DNA of 54,033 nucleotides from a virus (IMGVR_UViG_3300031565_014860:1-54033), one strand, 5' to 3'; positions 9,318 through 19,421 are shown, counted from the first letter of the stretch. Notes: generated by a model not told the origin, from the letters alone. Program-made: numbers and translations.

Positions 9318-9673
9318 TTAATTTCCTCCGTTAATGGTTCCCAAATACTATGTTGTATAATATCTTGATTACATAATAGATATATAACTACTCTAGAATG
9401 AATATCTTTTAATTCATCTTCAATTAAATGACAAGTATTCATTATATCTGTATATTGTTTTAATGAAGTAATATCAAGAGCTATATTATATTTATTATCA
9501 CTCATTGCAAAATGATGGGTTATACACGATTGTAATTGCCTTGGAGTTAAACTAAAATATACATCAAAATCATGTACTCCTGTATCTCTTAATTCTTTAG
9601 AAAGTGCTCGTATCATCATTGATTTTCCAGTGGCACCTGTTCCTATTATTTTTACAAATTGTATTTCTACCAT
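9305..9673 (-). CDS. Small P-loop-containing protein of unknown function
   Basis: IIGTGATGKS near the N-terminus; GGTGA RBS; overlaps the queD start. Confidence 0.55.
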   Translation of the reverse strand: MVEIQFVKIIGTGATGKSMMIRALSKELRDTGVHDFDVYFSLTPRQLQSCITHHFAMSDNKYNIALDITSLKQYTDIMNTCHLIEDELKDIHSRVVIYLLCNQDIIQHSIWEPLTEEIKCSD

Positions 9674-9888
9674 TTTATCACCTATACTTTTAAATACTTA
9701 ATTGATAAATATGTTATTTCTGAAAAAACACACAACCCACTACACATATTACCATATTCTTCCATTGTCATATATTTTCCATGTTTTATTAGAAGAGTAG
9801 TAAGTATATTTAATATTTGTGTTTTATTAAATAATTGTTCTTGTATTGACATCTTTCTATATTTATCTAATCTATGTATATTATCACC

Positions 9889-10362
9889 TTATTTCATCCA
9901 GCTATCTAATGTTCTAATAGGGTCTTTGGGTTTTTCTATAGTTATATTATATTTTTTAAGTATAGTCATATCTGCCCCTATAAAAAATAATAATCTTTTT
10001 AATGTTTCTTTATTTTCTAATTGTTTTAATATTATGTGTTTATTTGCTTTTAATTCATTATTGGTCCAATGAAAATAAGTTTGTGCTTCTTTAAGTATAA
10101 AATCATATTCCTGTTCTATTTCTTTTTGGGCTTTAATATATCTAATAAATGGTGGTCTTTGTTTTGGTATTAAATTCATATATAGTTTTTCTAACATATC
10201 TTGATGTATCCAAAATACATAATTATTTAATTCTATAGATATTATTTTAGCATCTTCAATAGAACTCATTGATAAGAATTTATTAACTATAACTGGACTC
10301 CATGTTTTATCTAGTTCTCCTTTCTTTGTAAATATAATTTTTAATGCTTCATATAAATTCAT
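9889..10362 (-). CDS. Probable clamp-loader accessory subunit (T4 gp62-like / minimal RFC-L)
   Basis: Follows the RFC-like ATPase; WSPVIVNKFLSM...LNNY...IPKQRPPFIRYIK; C-terminal clamp-binding-like IRTLDSWMK. Confidence 0.6.
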   Translation of the reverse strand: MNLYEALKIIFTKKGELDKTWSPVIVNKFLSMSSIEDAKIISIELNNYVFWIHQDMLEKLYMNLIPKQRPPFIRYIKAQKEIEQEYDFILKEAQTYFHWTNNELKANKHIILKQLENKETLKRLLFFIGADMTILKKYNITIEKPKDPIRTLDSWMK

Positions 10363-10482
10363 TTAGTCACATCCGTTTACAACAAATTAACTTGATTTTT
10401 TCCAATGAGATTAACGAATTTTATTTTTAAAAATCGCTATTCTCCTACGCATATTTTTTTTGTTTGAATAAAGAAAATGTAA

Positions 10483-10558
10483 GAGTTTTAAGAAAATTAT
10501 GAATACCTTTTGTTTACTATATATTAAACAAGCGACATTTATAACATTCTTAAAACTC
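10483..10558. repeat. 76-bp imperfect palindrome, copy 1 of a dispersed family
   Basis: Outer arms GAGTTTTAAGAA/TTCTTAAAACTC and core TGTTTACTATATATTAAACA share one axis (10520.5); lies in a ~200-bp gap within a tightly packed operon. Confidence 0.8.
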
Positions 10559-10568
10559 ATACTTTCAT

Positions 10569-11495
10569 TTATTTAAACAATTCTATAAATTTCACACCGA
10601 CTGCAAATAATTGTATTTCTTTATCTGCAGCAGGAGCTCTATCTACTTCTGCTATATAGTATAGCAATTTAACAAATCTATCATTAAACCTTTCTTTTTC
10701 TTTAATTATTTCATCATTAGTTATATTATCTATTAGACGAATTAATAAAGTATGAGGGTCTAGATTGTTCTCTATTACAAACTTTCTAACTGTATATATA
10801 TTTCCTTCTTTAAGAAGTTCATAATATTTATCTTCTACTTCTGTTTGTGTTTTTACTTTTTCTAACAAAATATTAGGAGATAGTTCTTGAAGCTTATTTA
10901 TCATAGAGCGCATATCTGGATAATATATATCTATAATTTTATCTATTGCTTCTTCTTCAATATTTTCTTTTGGTATATTTTCTTGTTCTAAAATATACAA
11001 TAATCTATTTTTTATATCTTCTCTAGGTAATTCATTTATTCTAATTATTGTACATCTAGACTTTATAGGGTCACATATTTTACTTTCACTATTAGCAGTC
11101 AATAAGAATTTACAATTTTTATTATATTTTTCCATTATAAATCTTAATGCTTCTTGACTTGCAGTGAGCATACCATCAAATTCATCCATATGAATAAATC
11201 TAGGAATATTATTATCACTGCGCATAGATGATGCAAAATCTATAATTTTTCCTCTAATTGTTTCAAGTTTTCTTTCATCACTGCTGTTTAATATTAAACA
11301 ATCTTTAGATTTTAGTTCATTTTGAATTGCTTTACAAATTGTTGTTTTTCCCGTTCCTGGACATTTAGATATAAACAAAAAATGAGGCATAGACATTGGA
11401 TTTTCTATTGCCTTTTTTATTACAGATACATCTAATCCTACAATGTCATCTAATATTTTAGGTCTGTACTTTTCTGTCCACATAATGTTTTTCAT
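10569..11495 (-). CDS. Clamp-loader AAA+ ATPase (RFC small subunit / gp44-like)
   Basis: WTEKYRP, PGTGKTT, LNSSDER, MDEFDGM, SQEALR, PIKSRC, DMRSMIN. Start moved to 11495 behind GGAGG. Confidence 0.93.
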   Translation of the reverse strand: MKNIMWTEKYRPKILDDIVGLDVSVIKKAIENPMSMPHFLFISKCPGTGKTTICKAIQNELKSKDCLILNSSDERKLETIRGKIIDFASSMRSDNNIPRFIHMDEFDGMLTASQEALRFIMEKYNKNCKFLLTANSESKICDPIKSRCTIIRINELPREDIKNRLLYILEQENIPKENIEEEAIDKIIDIYYPDMRSMINKLQELSPNILLEKVKTQTEVEDKYYELLKEGNIYTVRKFVIENNLDPHTLLIRLIDNITNDEIIKEKERFNDRFVKLLYYIAEVDRAPAADKEIQLFAVGVKFIELFK

Positions 11496-11496
11496 A

Positions 11497-12198
11497 TTAA
11501 TCCTCCTCAACTTTAGGAGCAATAATAAATAATGAATTAATGTTCCCACATTTTTCAACTAATCCTATAGGATATTTATCTCCAAATTTTAAGGTTACAA
11601 TAGGAGATGTTAAACAACAAACAGTTGCCTTTAAAAAGTTATGTTGAACAGTTGTTTTTGCTTCTATTTCTTCTTCTATTTGTACTATTCGTTTTATTGT
11701 ATTTAATCCAAGGTCAACCTTTATAATTAACTGTTTATTAATTGTTTCGAAACTTATATCTGGATTTTTACCTAATTCTCCATCTTTAATTATATCTTGT
11801 AATAATTCTGTATTTATAGTTTTAGAAAATGGAAAGACTATATCTACATCTTTAGGTCTTTCTTCAATATAATCAGGGTCAGCTAAAACAATATCAAATT
11901 CTGTATTTGTTTCTTTCATATACAATACATTTTTTTCTATTTTAAATTTTATATCTTCTTTGAATCGTTTAGCACATTTGAATAACCATGTTAAATCTTT
12001 TACTGCTATTTCTCCTATAGGTTTATAGTCTTTTATTTTATCTATGTCTAACCTACATTTACACCATTTAAAGTTTCCTGCAGTGGCTACTTTAGCTATT
12101 ATTTCCCCTTCTTTAAAGTCTAATATAGCTTTATCTATTAATCCTTTAAATGAAGATTTTTCTAAAAAATCACATAATGTATTTTTATCTATTATCAT
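11497..12198 (-). CDS. Sliding clamp (PCNA-like)
   Basis: 233 aa, two-domain beta pattern, C-terminal KYPIGL...FIIAPKVEED typical of PCNA; directly upstream of the clamp loader. Confidence 0.85.
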   Translation of the reverse strand: MIIDKNTLCDFLEKSSFKGLIDKAILDFKEGEIIAKVATAGNFKWCKCRLDIDKIKDYKPIGEIAVKDLTWLFKCAKRFKEDIKFKIEKNVLYMKETNTEFDIVLADPDYIEERPKDVDIVFPFSKTINTELLQDIIKDGELGKNPDISFETINKQLIIKVDLGLNTIKRIVQIEEEIEAKTTVQHNFLKATVCCLTSPIVTLKFGDKYPIGLVEKCGNINSLFIIAPKVEED

Positions 12199-12213
12199 TT
12201 ACTTCACCCTATA

Positions 12214-13071
12214 TTATTTTAATCCTACGAATATGTCACTTGTATCCCAAACTGCATCTCCTTTAGTAACAGTAGCAAATTTTATTATTTTTCCTTCTTT
12301 TGTTAAATCAAATTTAGATTTATCAATTTTTGCATTAAATTCTACTTTTCCTAATCCTATACTTTTGGTACATATTATTCTTTGATGCATTGCTTGATTC
12401 ATATTTGCTTTAACCATTGCCATATCTGTTGTTACCATAAAATCTTCATGTGCTATATAGAATTTATCCATTGGTATCGATTTTAATAAATCTATAGTTT
12501 CTGAAAACTTTCTAGCACGGCTTATCCAATATCTTTGCGTAACTCCACCATCTACTTCTAAATTTTTCTCTACTCTCATAACGTATTCACATATTTTTAA
12601 AAATCTAGAAATACCATCTAATACAATACATCCATAATCTTGTTCATTCTTATTTACAAACATAGCAATTGCTTTTATCTTAGATAACATTATATCATAA
12701 CTAGGGTCTCCATTATCATCAGCAACATATGCAGATAATACTTCTATTTTATCTGAGTTTTTATGGTATGAATTAAATACTGGGAAATCACCACCATCTA
12801 AATCAATAAACATAGTTTTTTTATCTATTTTTTCACAATAGTCCATTACAATTCCAGTTTTACCAGTACCATCTTGTCCTAACACAAGACAATTCATTGT
12901 GTTTTTTTGATTCTTTTTTCTTTCTTTAAATGCAGAAATATCATCTAATACTTGCTCATAAGTATATGCAGGATTAATATGTTCCTCAACTACTGGTAAT
13001 TTTTTATCTAATTTTTCTCCCCAATCAATTTCCTTTTTAGGTTCTTTTTCTATTTCTACCATAATTATCAC
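12214..13071 (-). CDS. RecA-fold P-loop ATPase (Sak4/AAA_24-like recombinase)
   Basis: Walker A GQDGTGKT, FIDLDGG, Walker B IVLDGIS, YIAHE; near the SSB-like gene. Confidence 0.7.
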   Translation of the reverse strand: MIIMVEIEKEPKKEIDWGEKLDKKLPVVEEHINPAYTYEQVLDDISAFKERKKNQKNTMNCLVLGQDGTGKTGIVMDYCEKIDKKTMFIDLDGGDFPVFNSYHKNSDKIEVLSAYVADDNGDPSYDIMLSKIKAIAMFVNKNEQDYGCIVLDGISRFLKICEYVMRVEKNLEVDGGVTQRYWISRARKFSETIDLLKSIPMDKFYIAHEDFMVTTDMAMVKANMNQAMHQRIICTKSIGLGKVEFNAKIDKSKFDLTKEGKIIKFATVTKGDAVWDTSDIFVGLK

Positions 13072-13275
13072 CTATTTTTTTATTACATATTTTATTTTTC
13101 TAAATCTTAATGCTTTTTTATGAATTATCTTATATCCCATATTAACTAAGTGTTTATATAGGGTAACATAAGCTATTTTTGTTTTTCCTGTTATTTCAGA
13201 AAGAGGAATCCCATCGGGATGGGACTCTAACATTTTTTGTAATTCCTCTTTTTTTTGTTCTGTTAATACTACCAT
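13072..13275 (-). CDS. Small HTH DNA-binding protein
   Basis: GIPLSEITGKTKIAYVTLYKHL helix-turn-helix pattern; likely start MVVLTEQ at 13275. Confidence 0.6.
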   Translation of the reverse strand: MVVLTEQKKEELQKMLESHPDGIPLSEITGKTKIAYVTLYKHLVNMGYKIIHKKALRFRKIKYVIKK

Positions 13276-13276
13276 T

Positions 13277-14356
13277 TTATTCCCATTGTTCTTTTTCTTC
13301 TTTAGACATGGATAAATTTCTATATACTTCTTTAGAGTATATTCCACTAACTGCTATTGTGCTTCCTCTATCATTAGTTCCTGGTTTACCAATCATCCAT
13401 ATTTCTGCTTTTTCTGGAAAATCAATTTTTATATGCTCAGATAAAAAACAAGCATATGGAGGTATTATATTTCCTTCTTCATCATCAAATTCCATAGTAT
13501 CATCATCAACTCTTAACATACTATTAGTAAGTCTTCCTGTTGGTAATAATATTTCATTAACGACTACTTTCATAATAGCAAAATCGTTAAAATTTGAATG
13601 TGATTCACACCATTCTTTATAACTTCCTAACACTAAATTATATTTTTTAAATGTTGTTTCAAATAGTGATAGTATTTCGTCTTCTTTTAATTCAGTTTCA
13701 TTTTTAAATTCTGTTGTTCCTGAATCATTAAATAGCAATAATGTTTCGGAAGATGTTTGTTTTTTAAATACATCAACTTTTGTCCATTTAAACATAGGAA
13801 TTGGTATTTTAGAATTTTCTTTTCTAAATGAAACAATAGCGGGTATAATTTTTCCACTTTCAAATTTAACGGCACCAAATGCTGTTTTTTGAAAGTCTTC
13901 TTTTGGAATAACTTTACCAATCCACTTTATTCCTGTTTTATCAATTAATGTTCCTTCTTCTGATTGTATATAATCTTGTTTAATTTTCCATCCTTGTAGT
14001 TTTTCAAACTTATCTTGAGGAATATAGTATAATAATTCTCCTTCTTTATTTACCATTCCTTCTTTTATTGCCGTTTCTGGATTTTTATCTACTATTGCTT
14101 GCGCTGTTGCTCTTCTTTTTTTAACCATATCTAAAGCATTTGTTGCTCCTATAAATACTATTTCAACTTCTTCTCCCTTTGAAGATAATATTTTTCTATA
14201 TGATGCTCTAAATCTAGAAAAAGCCATTGATTTTCTATCCTTTTCTGATATTGATGGGTCTAGTTTATTAAATTCATCATTTAGTTCATTTTCTAACTCT
14301 TCTGTTTTTTTATTTGTTTTGGCTACTATTTTTTCTATTGTTCCCATTACATCCAT
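13277..14356 (-). CDS. Probable RPA-like ssDNA-binding protein (OB folds)
   Basis: Helical N-terminus, beta-rich C-terminal OB-like region, acidic tail; lies in the replication operon. Start MDVMG at 14356. Confidence 0.55.
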   Translation of the reverse strand: MDVMGTIEKIVAKTNKKTEELENELNDEFNKLDPSISEKDRKSMAFSRFRASYRKILSSKGEEVEIVFIGATNALDMVKKRRATAQAIVDKNPETAIKEGMVNKEGELLYYIPQDKFEKLQGWKIKQDYIQSEEGTLIDKTGIKWIGKVIPKEDFQKTAFGAVKFESGKIIPAIVSFRKENSKIPIPMFKWTKVDVFKKQTSSETLLLFNDSGTTEFKNETELKEDEILSLFETTFKKYNLVLGSYKEWCESHSNFNDFAIMKVVVNEILLPTGRLTNSMLRVDDDTMEFDDEEGNIIPPYACFLSEHIKIDFPEKAEIWMIGKPGTNDRGSTIAVSGIYSKEVYRNLSMSKEEKEQWE

Positions 14357-14357
14357 T

Positions 14358-14513
14358 TTATTCAACCTCTTTATCACTTTTTTTCTCTTTAATATTAAAA
14401 ACATTAATATCTTGATAAATATCAAATTTATCTTTTAATGCTTCTTCTATTTCATTAAAAAATCGTGTTTTATTTCCTGAACATTTAAGTTTATTTATTT
14501 GTAAATAATCCAT
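14358..14513 (-). CDS. 51-aa hypothetical protein heading the replication operon (not in ORF track)
   Basis: GGAGGAG RBS, then MDYLQINKLKCSGNKTRFFNEIEEALKDKFDIYQDINVFNIKEKKSDKEVE. Confidence 0.6.
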   Translation of the reverse strand: MDYLQINKLKCSGNKTRFFNEIEEALKDKFDIYQDINVFNIKEKKSDKEVE

Positions 14514-14552
14514 AGCTACTCCTCCTTTTTATATATAATTTACTTTTTAGGT

Positions 14553-14570
14553 TTTATATAGGTATCGGTT
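14553..14570 (-). promoter_or_regulatory. Archaeal BRE+TATA promoter of the replication operon
   Basis: Minus strand AACCGATACC-TATATAAA, nearly identical to AACCGATAAC-TATATAAA at 28351 and 28699. Confidence 0.75.
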
Positions 14571-14575
14571 ATAAT

Positions 14576-16129
14576 TTAATGTATATATTGTAAGATATGC
14601 TTTTTAATATCTACATTTAAAATCTCTTCGCTTAAACATCTTTTTCCACACATAGCATCATATATATGCGATTCTATTCCTGCTGATATTATATTAAATA
14701 CTTTTAATGGTCTATCTCTAAGTAATCTATATGCTCTATATACTCGTTGTCTTATTTTTGCAGGATTCCATGGAATATCAAAGTTTATAATTGTATCAAC
14801 AAATGGCATATCTACTCCATACGCCATTGTATCTGTAGTAACCAAATATTTATAATTTTTTCTAAAATCTTCTTTTATATCTGTCTTGTCTCTTTTTGAT
14901 TCTCCGGTTGCTATTATACTATTTGGTAATTTTTCTAATATTATATGAGCCATTTTAGCATATTTGGTAAATATAACTATCTTTTCATCATTTAGCTCAT
15001 TTAATATAAGCAATAGTTCATCTAACTTTGGTGACGATTCTGTTATTAAATCTTTATTTATATCTTCTATTGACTTTGCGATTGATGTTTTTATTAATAA
15101 TGTACTATCACAAACCATATGTAAAAAAGTAAAATCTTGTATTTGTCGTTTTCCTTTTCTCAAATCATCAATAATAATACGTTCTAATTTTATTTGTTCT
15201 TTACTTAATTCTACAAATCGTTCATATATTATTAATTCAGGAGGAACTTTTACATCACTCATTTTTCTTCTTATTGTACATTCCATAAATCGTTCTTGGA
15301 ATTTATCTAAATTTTTGTATCCTACAATTCTATGGTCTTCAAAAACACAATATTTCCAAAACTCAGATTTAGTCATCCATTCTGGATTAATAATATTGCA
15401 TATATTGAAAGCATCTTCTAACTTATTTTCTATTGGTGTTCCTGTTAATCCATATAAATGACTAGGAGCAAATTGTTTAGATAGCTTAGTTCTTTTTGCT
15501 TTTCTATTTTTCAGATAAGACATTTCGTCATATATCAATATATTATTTTTTATTATTGGTAGTAATAACATAAAATCTGCTAGTATTTGTTCATAATTAA
15601 TAATTAATATCTTAGGAGGATTAATATATATCTTTTTTCTCATATAAAGAGGACCTTCAACTATTGTACACTCTTCTCCAAAAAAATCAGATACTGATAT
15701 TTTCCACTGTTTCTTAATTGATTTAGGACAGCAAATAATTATATGTTTTATATGTTCATTTTTATGCAAATATATAGATATCGCAAGCGATTGTATTGTT
15801 TTTCCTAATCCACAATCATCTGCAATAAGTAATCGTTCAGTAATCACACCTCTTGCAACACAATCTACTTGAAAATCATATAAAAATGGAAATGTTTTCA
15901 ATATATCTTCTTTAACATCTTTAATATCATTATCAATATCTGTTATTTCAAATCCCATATCTTTTACTTTTTTAATATTATTTTGAGTTAATGGAATTTC
16001 CCATCTTAAATATACAGGATTCCAAATATGTCCAGATATCTGTTTTATATTATAAGTAGTTATTGCAGATGTTAATGTTCTATCATATTCAATACATAAC
16101 TTTCCGTTGTTAATATATGCAGTTTTCAT
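14576..16129 (-). CDS. SNF2/SF2 helicase (HARP-like)
   Basis: DDCGLGKT, INYE, IYDEMS, LTGTPIEN, KIVIFT, GVDM, DIPWNP, QRVYRAYR. Confidence 0.9.
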   Translation of the reverse strand: MKTAYINNGKLCIEYDRTLTSAITTYNIKQISGHIWNPVYLRWEIPLTQNNIKKVKDMGFEITDIDNDIKDVKEDILKTFPFLYDFQVDCVARGVITERLLIADDCGLGKTIQSLAISIYLHKNEHIKHIIICCPKSIKKQWKISVSDFFGEECTIVEGPLYMRKKIYINPPKILIINYEQILADFMLLLPIIKNNILIYDEMSYLKNRKAKRTKLSKQFAPSHLYGLTGTPIENKLEDAFNICNIINPEWMTKSEFWKYCVFEDHRIVGYKNLDKFQERFMECTIRRKMSDVKVPPELIIYERFVELSKEQIKLERIIIDDLRKGKRQIQDFTFLHMVCDSTLLIKTSIAKSIEDINKDLITESSPKLDELLLILNELNDEKIVIFTKYAKMAHIILEKLPNSIIATGESKRDKTDIKEDFRKNYKYLVTTDTMAYGVDMPFVDTIINFDIPWNPAKIRQRVYRAYRLLRDRPLKVFNIISAGIESHIYDAMCGKRCLSEEILNVDIKKHILQYIH

Positions 16130-16230
16130 TATTTTTCCTATTCATTTAATCTTCTATTTTGATAATAGTGTACGATATCAAATCCAAATATTTCTATAAA
16201 TGGTTTCATAATATTCCTCCTTGGGCTAAA

Positions 16231-16662
16231 TTAATTAAAGTCTGCACATTCTCCAATTTTTTCTATTGCAAATCTATACTTATCTTTCAAACTCCCTTCT
16301 TTCAAATCCGACATATTATGTTCTAAATCTGCAATTTTAACTTGAAATATAGACCTCATATTTGTAGAACATATTATTTGATTTATATAATCAAAATATG
16401 TAGTTCCTTTTTTTCTTGTTAATGATTGAACACAATTAGCAGTGTGTCGATTAACTCCAAGAGATATTAATTTCTCTTTTGTAATATTAGTATCTTCAAT
16501 AACATCATGCAACCATGCAATAGGTTTTAGTTCATCAGATACTTTTTCTGCTACTGCTTCGGGGTGTGTTATATATAGTTTTCCATCTTTTCGTTTTTGT
16601 CCTTCATGGGCTTCAGTTGCTATTGATTTAGCTAATTCTATTTGTTCTTTAATAGTTCTCAT
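16231..16662 (-). CDS. Stand-alone HD-domain hydrolase (RelA/SpoT hydrolase, Mesh1-like)
   Basis: AHEGQKRKDGKLYITHPEAVA, AWLHDVIEDT, VKIADLEHN. Confidence 0.85.
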   Translation of the reverse strand: MRTIKEQIELAKSIATEAHEGQKRKDGKLYITHPEAVAEKVSDELKPIAWLHDVIEDTNITKEKLISLGVNRHTANCVQSLTRKKGTTYFDYINQIICSTNMRSIFQVKIADLEHNMSDLKEGSLKDKYRFAIEKIGECADFN

Positions 16663-16666
16663 TCAA

Positions 16667-16855
16667 TCACTCAAATGTTTCATCTTGACATTTTTGACAT
16701 AATCCTGAAATCTTATATTCCTTTAATGATAAATCATTTTTAAATTCATCAATTATTATCTTTTTTTTACAAAAAGGACATTTTTTATTTTTTACTAATT
16801 CAAACATTTCAGGAAATGTTTTTCTTATTATCTCATCATTCATAATATCATTCAC
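16667..16855 (-). CDS. Small zinc-ribbon protein
   Basis: CPFC...EFKNDLSLKEYKISGLCQKCQD; GGAGTGA RBS. Confidence 0.7.
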   Translation of the reverse strand: MNDIMNDEIIRKTFPEMFELVKNKKCPFCKKKIIIDEFKNDLSLKEYKISGLCQKCQDETFE

Positions 16856-16919
16856 TCCTTAGGCGAACTCTTTAATTCTTCAACACATTTATCAAGTATA
16901 CTCATAACAATCACTCTAT

Positions 16920-17294
16920 TTATTTTAGTAAATTTGGATTATTAAAATAATCTCCAATTATTTCTAATTCAGGATAATTTATTGTGGATAAATGTATTAT
17001 TTCTTGTCTGTCTTTAGTTACTAAATGAACTCCACAATTTGAAAATTCAATTACGCCAATTTTATTTCCATATTTGCAAATATATTTTTCATAGATTTCT
17101 TTTCCAGTTTTGTCTTTCTTTTCTGAGTATTGTAGATATTCAAATCGTGATGAATAGTGTGGTGGGTATCCAATAAACTTCCATGGTTCGTGTTTTTCAA
17201 ATTTTTCATTAAGTAATCTAAGGGATAATTCAATACCCTCATATATTAATTCTTTTTCTTTTTTATCCCAAACTATAAATTTTATTTCTCTCAT
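16920..17294 (-). CDS. YopX-family protein
   Basis: MREIKF.VWD, LQYSEKKDKTGKEIYE, LEIIGD..NNPNLL. Confidence 0.8.
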   Translation of the reverse strand: MREIKFIVWDKKEKELIYEGIELSLRLLNEKFEKHEPWKFIGYPPHYSSRFEYLQYSEKKDKTGKEIYEKYICKYGNKIGVIEFSNCGVHLVTKDRQEIIHLSTINYPELEIIGDYFNNPNLLK

Positions 17295-17795
17295 AATTAT
17301 TCCTCCATAGTTCGTTTAATCATTAGTTTAACATAATCCTAACATAAATTTAGATAGTTCTGTTTTCAATAAATCTATGTCTTTCTCTTTAGATTCAATT
17401 TCATCAACTATTTCATTCATACGTTTTAATTTTGATAAATCAAAATGATTTTTTGAATTTTGTGAATTAATTCGTTTTCTCATTATTTTAACAAAAGTAT
17501 ATTCAATCGTCATTTCAATCACTCCTCAGAACTAACTCCACATCCATTTCCATCAAAAGAAATTCTTATATTTTCTTTTGAATAATTGTTTTCTAAATAT
17601 CCAAGATATTTTGCAACTTCTATACACGTTCTGCGAATTAATTCTTGTTGTGAGACTTCTTCAATTACTTTAATTTCTGGAATAATTAATAATTTTCCAG
17701 TATCAAAAACTTCTTCACAAACAAAGTCTTTTATGACTACTCCATTTTCTGCGTGTATTATTTCTAAATGTTTTTCCATCAAATCACTCCTTAAG

Positions 17796-17834
17796 CTTTA
17801 TAACACTCCATTTTGAAAAATATCTCAACCTTAC
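17796..17834. repeat. 39-bp exact direct repeat, copy 1
   Basis: CTTTATAACACTCCATTTTGAAAAATATCTCAACCTTAC, identical at 18565-18603. Confidence 0.9.
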
Positions 17835-18564
17835 TTATAATTATCTTTTTCACTCATATTATTTCCTCCGAAGATTTGATGTATTTATTCCTCTAATTCC
17901 TGCAAAGAATAACATCAAAAATATTGATTGAACTATTGTTATTTTTTCAAATCCGAAATATTGTGCTATTGACAAATTAAATCCGAAATATACAAACATA
18001 AGTTTAATAATATATACTGCAAACTCTAGCCCTAAGTCAATAATATTCTCATATAATTTCTTATAATCTACATCACTCATATTTATTCACTCCATTGTTT
18101 TTTTAATATAATCTAATGATTCAGATAATGATTTAAATTCTAGGTTTGTAATATGTTTACCATTAAAATACTCTAAATTAACTCCCCAATTACAAAAAAT
18201 TAATTTCATAGATTGAACATTTTTAATTTTGTCTTCACTCTTTTCCATTTAATCACCCATACCTTTATACTATTACTGAGACCATACTATTGCATTACCA
18301 CAATCTTTACATTTAAATCCATTATCTCCTGAACAATAACCAGTATATCCGCTATAATCTGTTCCGAAATCACCAAAAAATTCAACATTAGTGCTTCCAC
18401 ATTTCTTACATACTAACAAGAATCTTTTATCAAATGATTCATCTTTTAGTTGGCTTATTGTTATTATATTATCATCATTAGTTTTAACAAACTCTCTAAA
18501 TTCTTCTAATTTCATTTTTTTCATAACATCACCATTTTTACACATTTCAATCACTCGCCTTGTA

Positions 18565-18603
18565 CTTTATAACACTCCATTTTGAAAAATATCTCAACCT
18601 TAC
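18565..18603. repeat. 39-bp exact direct repeat, copy 2
   Basis: Identical to 17796-17834. Confidence 0.9.
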
Positions 18604-19020
18604 ATTTATTACAATAATATCCTATTTCTTTTCCATATTCAGTTACAATACCATAGATTCAATACATTCCTTACGATGTTTTGGACAGAAGAATTTTGTT
18701 TTTCCTTTACCATTTCTAAATGCAGTCCAATTAATTGTATGAAAATCAATAAGATTAAAATTTGTAGTTGCATCACAACATTCACATTTTTTCATAATAT
18801 CAATTCTCCTTAATCAATTCAGTTAATTTAAATTCGTCACCCACATTAAATACGGGTTTCTTGTTCATTTCATACCAAAACAAATTCATAGGATGAGTAG
18901 CATTAATATGTAATTCTATTTTATATGATGTCTTTTTTGAATCCATATCGTATTGTTCTGAAATCGCAATTACCGTTATTTTAATTGGTAATTTATCATT
19001 AAGTTCTTTAGTCATGTCAA

Positions 19021-19122
19021 TCACTCCATTTCAACTACTCCATCACATTCTCCTAAGTCTTCAAGAACACAATGCACGCAATAACCATATGGACACTTAG
19101 TTCCATCTTTTGTTAGTCTCAT
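19021..19122 (-). CDS. 33-aa Cys-rich microprotein
   Basis: GGAGG RBS; MRLTKDGTKCPYGYCVHCVLEDLGECDGVVEME. Confidence 0.5.
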   Translation of the reverse strand: MRLTKDGTKCPYGYCVHCVLEDLGECDGVVEME

Positions 19123-19143
19123 TTCAATTCCTCCATAGTTCGT

Positions 19144-19305
19144 CTAAATATTAATTTTAAATTCTACAAACTTTTTGCATTTATTGCAATATTGATAATA
19201 TTTTGCTCCAACTATTCTCTCAATAGGTAATACTGAATGAGTGCTTTCATTATTACATTTAGTACAATAACTTTTTACTATTGTAATTGATGGTCTTACA
19301 TACAT
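19144..19305 (-). CDS. 53-aa zinc-ribbon microprotein
   Basis: MYVRPSITIVKSYCTKCNNESTHSVLPIERIVGAKYYQYCNKCKKFVEFKINI; flanked by oppositely oriented TTAGRCGAA motifs. Confidence 0.65.
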   Translation of the reverse strand: MYVRPSITIVKSYCTKCNNESTHSVLPIERIVGAKYYQYCNKCKKFVEFKINI

Positions 19306-19365
19306 AGTAATTTTAATCACTCCTTAGGCGAAATTTCAGTAATACATCCATTATTAATTCCTTTA

Positions 19366-19419
19366 CTAAATCCACTCATTTGTATCTATTCGTTTTCCTC
19401 TAAATTTTATTTCTCGCAT
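19366..19419 (-). pseudogene. Truncated YopX N-terminus
   Basis: MREIKFRGKRIDTNEWI* is the classic YopX start and stops after 17 codons. Confidence 0.7.
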
Positions 19420-19421
19420 AA

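Larger units (their letters stand above)
17328..19024 (-). other. Run of small hypothetical ORFs (17328-17522, 17519-17782, 17859-18080 with two hydrophobic helices, 18273-18554 zinc ribbon, 18800-19024)
   Basis: Co-oriented, closely packed ORFs, most with GGAG/GTGA-type RBSs; no recognisable family. Confidence 0.6.
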
